DNA of 64,000 bases, from contig JBFFSH010000003.1 of NCBI GenBank assembly GCA_041572575.1, positions 1-64,000 of the forward strand, written 5' to 3'. Position numbers and translations under genes: made by a program. The notes beneath the pieces are model-generated. The model had not been told where the DNA came from. It was given only the letters and a program-made list of their open reading frames with translations, and did not search any database. Origin of the DNA: Thermodesulfobacteriota bacterium. Its GTDB lineage: Bacteria; Desulfobacterota_D; UBA1144; Nemesobacterales; N074bin48. Shown here piece after piece: positions 58,938-64,000 of the stretch (position 1 is the first letter of the stretch; every line of letters begins with the position of its first letter).

Positions 58938-59293
58938 ATAATTAAATGATTTGATTAATAAGGTTTAATTTCTAAGTTGGATGCATTATTATTGTGATCG
59001 ATACACATAAATCAATAAACGCTTTGCAAATTAGTGAGAGATAATTATGAAACAGATTTTAAATTCGAAACCTTTTTGGATAAATCTGGTAATATTTTAA
59101 TAAAAATGGTAATAACACGATTGACATTTAAGTAATATACTTTAATTTAAATTACAAAATTAATATAATAACTTAAATTATGTTTGAGATTCGAATAATA
59201 AGACTTTTATTTATACCTTTTGTCTGTTAGCTTTTCACCTTTACTAATTACTAAAATGAAAATAGTATCTATTACTACGATTCGGAGGAATAT

Positions 59294-60775
59294 ATGAAAT
59301 ATTTTTTAATTACTGCCTTTTTAATATCTAGTTCATTATTTTTTAGCTCATGCGAGCGTGTAAAAGAAAATGTTGTAAAAGAACAGCCCAAACAAGAAGT
59401 TAAAACTGAAAAACCAAAACCTGTAGAGAGTGCAGATAGAAATGAAATTCCGATCTCACCTTCAACCGGCCTACCATCATTTGCTGATCTTGTAAAAACA
59501 TTAAAGCCTGCAGTTGTGAATATAAGCACGACCAACAAAGTGCAGAGAAGATCATCTCCATTCTCTTATCCCTTTGATCAGGGCCATCCTTTTGATGAAT
59601 TTTTCAAAAAATTCTTTGAGGGAGAGCCTTCACAGGAATTTAAGCAAAGGGGTCTTGGTACGGGATTCATAATTAGTAAAGACGGCTTTATTGTTACAAA
59701 CAACCATGTGATTGAAAAGGCAGACGATATTGAGATTAATTTAGAAGATGGAGAGAAATACGAGGCCAAGATTATAGGGAAAGATCCGAAAACCGATTTA
59801 GCACTGCTAAAAATAGATGCTGAAAGAGATTTTCCATTTGTAGAGTTTGGTGATTCTGAAAATTCTGAAATAGGAGACTGGGTAATAGCAATTGGAAACC
59901 CGTTTGGCCTTGGACATACCGTAACTGCAGGAATAATAAGTGCCAAGGGAAGAATTCTTGGTATTGGAAACTATGACGATTTTATTCAGACCGACGCTCC
60001 AATTAACCCGGGAAACAGCGGCGGACCTTTATTTAACCTTAAAGGGGAAGTAGTAGGGGTAAACACTGCAATAATTGCAAGAGGTCAGGGGCTTGGTTTT
60101 TCAATTCCTGTAAACCTTACTAAGCACGTTATAGACCAGATCAAGGACAGTGGCAGAGTGGTAAGGGGATGGCTTGGAATTTCCATACAAAAAGTTACAC
60201 CGGAAATTGCTGATGTAATTGGCGTAAAAGATGGTGAAGGGGTATTAGTTGCAGATGTTATGGATAAAAGTCCTGCTCAGACAGGAGGGCTGCTAAGAGG
60301 TGATATCATCCTTGAGTATAACGGTGAAAAAATAGTAGAAGTATCAGATTTAACAGGAAAAGTAGCGCTTACTCCGCCAGGAGAGATATCTAGGCTTAAG
60401 ATAATAAGGGATAAAAAAATCCAGGAAATAAGACTGAAAATTGGCGAATTTCCAGAGGACGAAAAAGTAGCAACGAAAGTTGATGAACCTAAAGCAAAGT
60501 TTGGTCTTGTGGTTGTAGATATTACACCGAAAATTGCAAACAGATTAAATCTCGATTCTACTGATGGGGTAATAGTAAATTCTGTTTCAAGAGGTTCTGC
60601 TGCGGGCGAGGCAGGTTTTAAAAGAGGGGATATAATATTAGAGATCAACAGGGTAAAAGTTAAAAATGTTGATGAGTACAATAAGCGCCTTGAAGATATA
60701 GGCGAAGGTAATTCAGCGCTCTTTTTGATTAAAAGGGGTGAAACTACGGTTTATATTGGTCTTAAGATCGAATAA
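59294..60775 (+). CDS. degQ: DegP/DegQ (HtrA) serine protease with two PDZ domains
   Basis: TNNHV, DLALLK and IQTDAPINPGNSGGPL motifs, two PDZ domains, possible lipobox FFSS-C. Confidence 0.93.
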   Translation: MKYFLITAFLISSSLFFSSCERVKENVVKEQPKQEVKTEKPKPVESADRNEIPISPSTGLPSFADLVKTLKPAVVNISTTNKVQRRSSPFSYPFDQGHPFDEFFKKFFEGEPSQEFKQRGLGTGFIISKDGFIVTNNHVIEKADDIEINLEDGEKYEAKIIGKDPKTDLALLKIDAERDFPFVEFGDSENSEIGDWVIAIGNPFGLGHTVTAGIISAKGRILGIGNYDDFIQTDAPINPGNSGGPLFNLKGEVVGVNTAIIARGQGLGFSIPVNLTKHVIDQIKDSGRVVRGWLGISIQKVTPEIADVIGVKDGEGVLVADVMDKSPAQTGGLLRGDIILEYNGEKIVEVSDLTGKVALTPPGEISRLKIIRDKKIQEIRLKIGEFPEDEKVATKVDEPKAKFGLVVVDITPKIANRLNLDSTDGVIVNSVSRGSAAGEAGFKRGDIILEINRVKVKNVDEYNKRLEDIGEGNSALFLIKRGETTVYIGLKIE

Positions 60776-60785
60776 TGTGCTACTT

Positions 60786-61457
60786 TTAGGTCTTAACACT
60801 TATTTGAGAAGCAGCTTCAGATCCTACATTTACATTATTTCCATCAATTTCAAGAACTATTGAGCCACCATAAGGCTCTATTTTTATGAGTGTGAATTTA
60901 GTGTCGGGCTTTATTCCCAGTTCATCAAAATATTGTAGAAGCTTAGGGTCTTCATCCGGAACCTCAGAGATAGTTCCTTTAGTACCCTCTTCAAGATCGG
61001 TAAGTAAACAAAGGTCTTCACTCTCTAAAATAAGGTCTTTTGTGGGAATGGGAGACCCATGTGGATCATGGGTAGGATGGTTTAAGGCTTCTGCCATTCT
61101 CTTTTCCAGATCTTCGGATATTACATGTTCTAGTTTTTCAGCCTCATTATGTACCTTATCCCATGGCACTCCCAAGGCTTCATACAGGTATTGTTCAATT
61201 AATCTGTGGTGTCTTATGGTTTCCAGAGCCATTTTATTTCCTGACTCTGTAAGAGCTACTCCCTTATAAGGTTCGTGAGTTACAAGTTTTAGGTCTACAA
61301 GCCGTTTTACCATTTGTGTCACAGTTGGTGCAGACACACTCAAACTCTTAGCAAGATCGTTGGTGTTTGCCTTGCCTTTTTTTTGTATCAGGTTGAAAAT
61401 AGCCTTTATATAATCTTCCATTACAGAAGAAGTTTCTTGTCCTATCGTGCTGCTCAT
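60786..61457 (-). CDS. DtxR/MntR/IdeR family metal-dependent regulator with FeoA-like C-terminal domain
   Basis: EDYIKAI, RHHRLIE, EAEKLEH and DPHGSPIP motifs. Confidence 0.93.
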   Translation of the reverse strand: MSSTIGQETSSVMEDYIKAIFNLIQKKGKANTNDLAKSLSVSAPTVTQMVKRLVDLKLVTHEPYKGVALTESGNKMALETIRHHRLIEQYLYEALGVPWDKVHNEAEKLEHVISEDLEKRMAEALNHPTHDPHGSPIPTKDLILESEDLCLLTDLEEGTKGTISEVPDEDPKLLQYFDELGIKPDTKFTLIKIEPYGGSIVLEIDGNNVNVGSEAASQISVKT

Positions 61458-61648
61458 TATGTACTATAAACAATAATATCTGTTAGTTCCAAATATTTTT
61501 ATACGCCTTTAATACCATTATAAGTTTGAAATCATAACCTAGTATAATATACTATTACATTAAATCATTGTTTTTACTTTTTATAAGAATCTAATTTCTA
61601 AACTTTTTATCTAAATAAATCAGGTTTTAACAAATCGGGACACAACTA

Positions 61649-62929
61649 ATGAGAACGCGCAATTTTGAAAAAGATGAACTATTTGAGCAGTTTAGAGCTG
61701 TAAGAGAGTTTAGTGAACAAATTTCATCTCCGCTTTGTACAGAAGATTATGTCATTCAGTCCATGCCCGATGTTAGCCCTACAAAGTGGCACCTTGCTCA
61801 CACAAGCTGGTTTTTTGAAGCGTTTGTTTTAGAAAAATATGATAAAAAATACAAGTCACTCCATCCTCAGTATAACTACCTGTTTAATTCCTATTATGCT
61901 TTAGTGGGTGAGAGACACTGTAGACCCAAAAGAGGGCTTATCTCGAGACCTACAGTGGATGAAGTGTATAAATATAGAGAATATGTGAACAGTAAAATCG
62001 AAGGACTTTTTACAAAAAGCAGTGAAAAAGAGTTTCAAAAGCATGCTCCTGTTATTGAAATAGGCGTTCATCATGAAAGGCAGCATCAGGAGCTTATGGT
62101 TACTGATATTAAACATGTATTTTCAGAAAATCCATTAAGACCGGTTTATTTAGAAGCTCCGCCTAATGGAAATAATGGCAAAATAACCAAACATAAATGG
62201 ATTTCGTTCCCAGAGGGCTTATATGAAATTGGCCATCAGGATGAAAGTTTTTGTTATGATAATGAAACACCGAGACACAAGAAATTTCTAAATCCGTTCA
62301 AGCTCTCATCCAGGCTTGTAACAAACGGGGAATTTATTGAATTTATAGAGGATGGTGGTTATACAAGACCGGAGCTTTGGCTATCAAATGGTATTTATAC
62401 TGCAGAAGATAACGGATGGCAGGCACCGCTGTATTGGGAAAAAGAAGGAAGTAAATGGCATCACTTTACACTTTCCGGGTTTAAAGAGCTAAACCTGGCT
62501 GAGCCGGTATGTCACGTGAGCTTCTATGAGGCTGATGCCTATGCCCGCTGGAAAGGTGCAAGGCTTCCCACTGAGGCTGAATGGGAAATAACTTCTGAAG
62601 ACTTGGAAATTGAAGGAAACTTTGTTGAAGACGCCAGATATAATCCCGTACCTCTTAACGGCGGCTCAAAAAACGGAAAGCTTCACCAGATGTATGGTGA
62701 TGTGTGGGAATGGACATCAAGCCCTTATGTTTGTTATCCGGGGTACAAAACTCTTCCGGGTGCCCTGGGTGAATATAACGGGAAGTTTATGTCTAACCAG
62801 ATGGTTCTGCGTGGCGGCTCATGCGCGACTTCTATCACACATATTAGAAATACTTACAGAAATTTCTTTCCACCTGACTCAAGATGGCAGTTTATGGGTA
62901 TAAGACTCGCACAAGATGAAAATAGATGA
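61649..62929 (+). CDS. egtB: Ergothioneine biosynthesis sulfoxide synthase EgtB
   Basis: QSMPDVSPTKWHLAHT, FNSYY, HHERQHQEL, RLPTEAEWE and EYNGKFM motifs. Confidence 0.94.
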   Translation: MRTRNFEKDELFEQFRAVREFSEQISSPLCTEDYVIQSMPDVSPTKWHLAHTSWFFEAFVLEKYDKKYKSLHPQYNYLFNSYYALVGERHCRPKRGLISRPTVDEVYKYREYVNSKIEGLFTKSSEKEFQKHAPVIEIGVHHERQHQELMVTDIKHVFSENPLRPVYLEAPPNGNNGKITKHKWISFPEGLYEIGHQDESFCYDNETPRHKKFLNPFKLSSRLVTNGEFIEFIEDGGYTRPELWLSNGIYTAEDNGWQAPLYWEKEGSKWHHFTLSGFKELNLAEPVCHVSFYEADAYARWKGARLPTEAEWEITSEDLEIEGNFVEDARYNPVPLNGGSKNGKLHQMYGDVWEWTSSPYVCYPGYKTLPGALGEYNGKFMSNQMVLRGGSCATSITHIRNTYRNFFPPDSRWQFMGIRLAQDENR

Positions 62930-63897
62930 TACTAATGAGTGAAAGTGTTCTTAAATTAAATACCGAAGATCCCAGTGACCAGCATTTATTAGAAGAAATA
63001 CTAGTTGGTCTCAGCAAGGAACAAAAGGAGCTTCCATGCAAGCTGTTTTATGACAAAAAGGGCTCAGAGCTTTTCGATCAGATAACAGCTCTTCCGGAGT
63101 ACTATCCCACTCGCACAGAAATTGGAATAATTAAGTCCAACATAGACGAGATTGCCAAATGTATAGGTAAAAACAGCCTTCTTGTTGAGCTTGGAAGTGG
63201 AAGTAGTATGAAAATACGCCTTCTCCTAGGAGGATTAAAAGAGATTAGCGCATATGTGCCGCTTGATATTTCCTATAACCATCTTATTGAATCTACCAAT
63301 ACGCTTTCAAAAGATTTTCCCGATATAAGAATAATTCCTCTTTGTGTCGACTACACAAAGCCATTTGAATTTCCTAAATTTGATTTCGAATGGGAAAAAT
63401 TGGTAGTCTTTTACCCCGGCTCTACAATTGGTAATTTTCACCCCTCTTATGCAAGGAAGTTTCTGGCAAATGTTGCAAAACGCACTGGTAAGGGAAGCGG
63501 GCTTCTAATAGGGGTTGATCTTAAAAAAGACAAGGCTGTTATTGAAAATGCTTATAATGACACTAAAGGAATAACGGCAGAGTTTAATTTGAATATTCTG
63601 TACAGGCTAAACTCTGATATTGGTTTTAATTTTGATACCGATAAATGGGAACATAGTGCAATATATAACGAAAATCAAGGCAGAATAGAAATGCACCTTG
63701 TAAGTTTAACTAATCAAAGAGTATCTCATAACGGCAGCAAAATATCTTTTGATAAGGACGAATCGATTATAACCGAGTATTCATATAAGTATTCTCTGGA
63801 CGAGTTTGAAGAACTTATAAAAGATTACTATAATGTTCAAAAAGTCTGGGTAGACAGCAACAAAAGATTTAGCCTGCAGTATTTAAGCGTTATATGA
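62926..63897 (+). CDS. egtD: L-histidine N-alpha-methyltransferase EgtD
   Basis: YD..GSELF..IT.LPEYYPTRTE, ELGSG, PGSTIGNF and TE.SYKY motifs. Confidence 0.95.
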   Translation: MILMSESVLKLNTEDPSDQHLLEEILVGLSKEQKELPCKLFYDKKGSELFDQITALPEYYPTRTEIGIIKSNIDEIAKCIGKNSLLVELGSGSSMKIRLLLGGLKEISAYVPLDISYNHLIESTNTLSKDFPDIRIIPLCVDYTKPFEFPKFDFEWEKLVVFYPGSTIGNFHPSYARKFLANVAKRTGKGSGLLIGVDLKKDKAVIENAYNDTKGITAEFNLNILYRLNSDIGFNFDTDKWEHSAIYNENQGRIEMHLVSLTNQRVSHNGSKISFDKDESIITEYSYKYSLDEFEELIKDYYNVQKVWVDSNKRFSLQYLSVI

Positions 63898-63912
63898 GTA
63901 TTAATTAAAACA

Positions 63913-64000
63913 ATGGGAACAGAAGAAAATATTCCGGAGAGTACCGAAGTATCTTACATACTAGAATGCTGTAGTGAATTAGATTCTAAAGGGCATAAAT
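63913..64000 (+). CDS. Possible gene start, runs off the window (MGTEENIPESTEVSYILECC...)
   Basis: Open frame from ATG 63913 to the window end, 15 nt after egtD. Confidence 0.35.
   Translation, partial: MGTEENIPESTEVSYILECCSELDSKGHK

Noticed and set aside
61649..62929. Selenoneine synthase SenA or ovothiol synthase OvoA
   Set aside because: No senB/selD in view, no C-terminal methyltransferase domain, and it is directly coupled to egtD.
1..64000. CRISPR arrays, tRNA/rRNA genes, prophage or retron genes
   Set aside because: I saw no regularly spaced direct repeats, cloverleaf or rRNA signatures, phage structural genes or reverse transcriptase. This was by eye, so a tRNAscan/Infernal run is still advisable.

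Overview
Bacterial chromosomal segment, AT-rich, standard genetic code (TGA terminates several genes, e.g. gap, murA, folD, secA). The host is a diderm (OmpA-like, AsmA/YdbH-like, SurA/PpiD-like and DegP/Q proteins). Gene content is compatible with a Desulfobacterota-like or Dadabacteria-like lineage, but that is inference only. The backbone is housekeeping: def, cvpA-fbp, gap-pgk-fbaB, prmC-murA-hisG, maf-yggS-proC-yggT, thiD-folD, uup, folK, moxR, secA, smc and degQ. It also carries cofactor F420 genes (cofD-cofG-cofH, with cofE 26 kb away and no cofC in the window), an LLM oxidoreductase and egtB-egtD. Accessory patches include three intact type II toxin-antitoxin pairs, a ParD-like remnant, several orphan genes and a 932-aa protein with a transglutaminase-like Cys-His-Asp triad. 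Signals missed by the ORF track: (1) an IS1595/IS1016-type element that interrupts a P-loop ATPase at the left edge; (2) a candidate ~95-nt sRNA with tandem CCUCC anti-Shine-Dalgarno motifs, its own promoter and a terminator at 31.3-31.5 kb; (3) an in-frame TGA 13 codons before the apparent true end of the LLM gene; (4) a DnaA-box cluster (candidate oriC) at 34.05-34.23 kb; (5) a probable CTG start that restores a signal peptide to the OmpA-family gene; (6) an ~50-aa insertion in SecA NBD1. I saw no rRNA, tRNA or CRISPR array. All family assignments come from motif recognition by eye, not from database searches.
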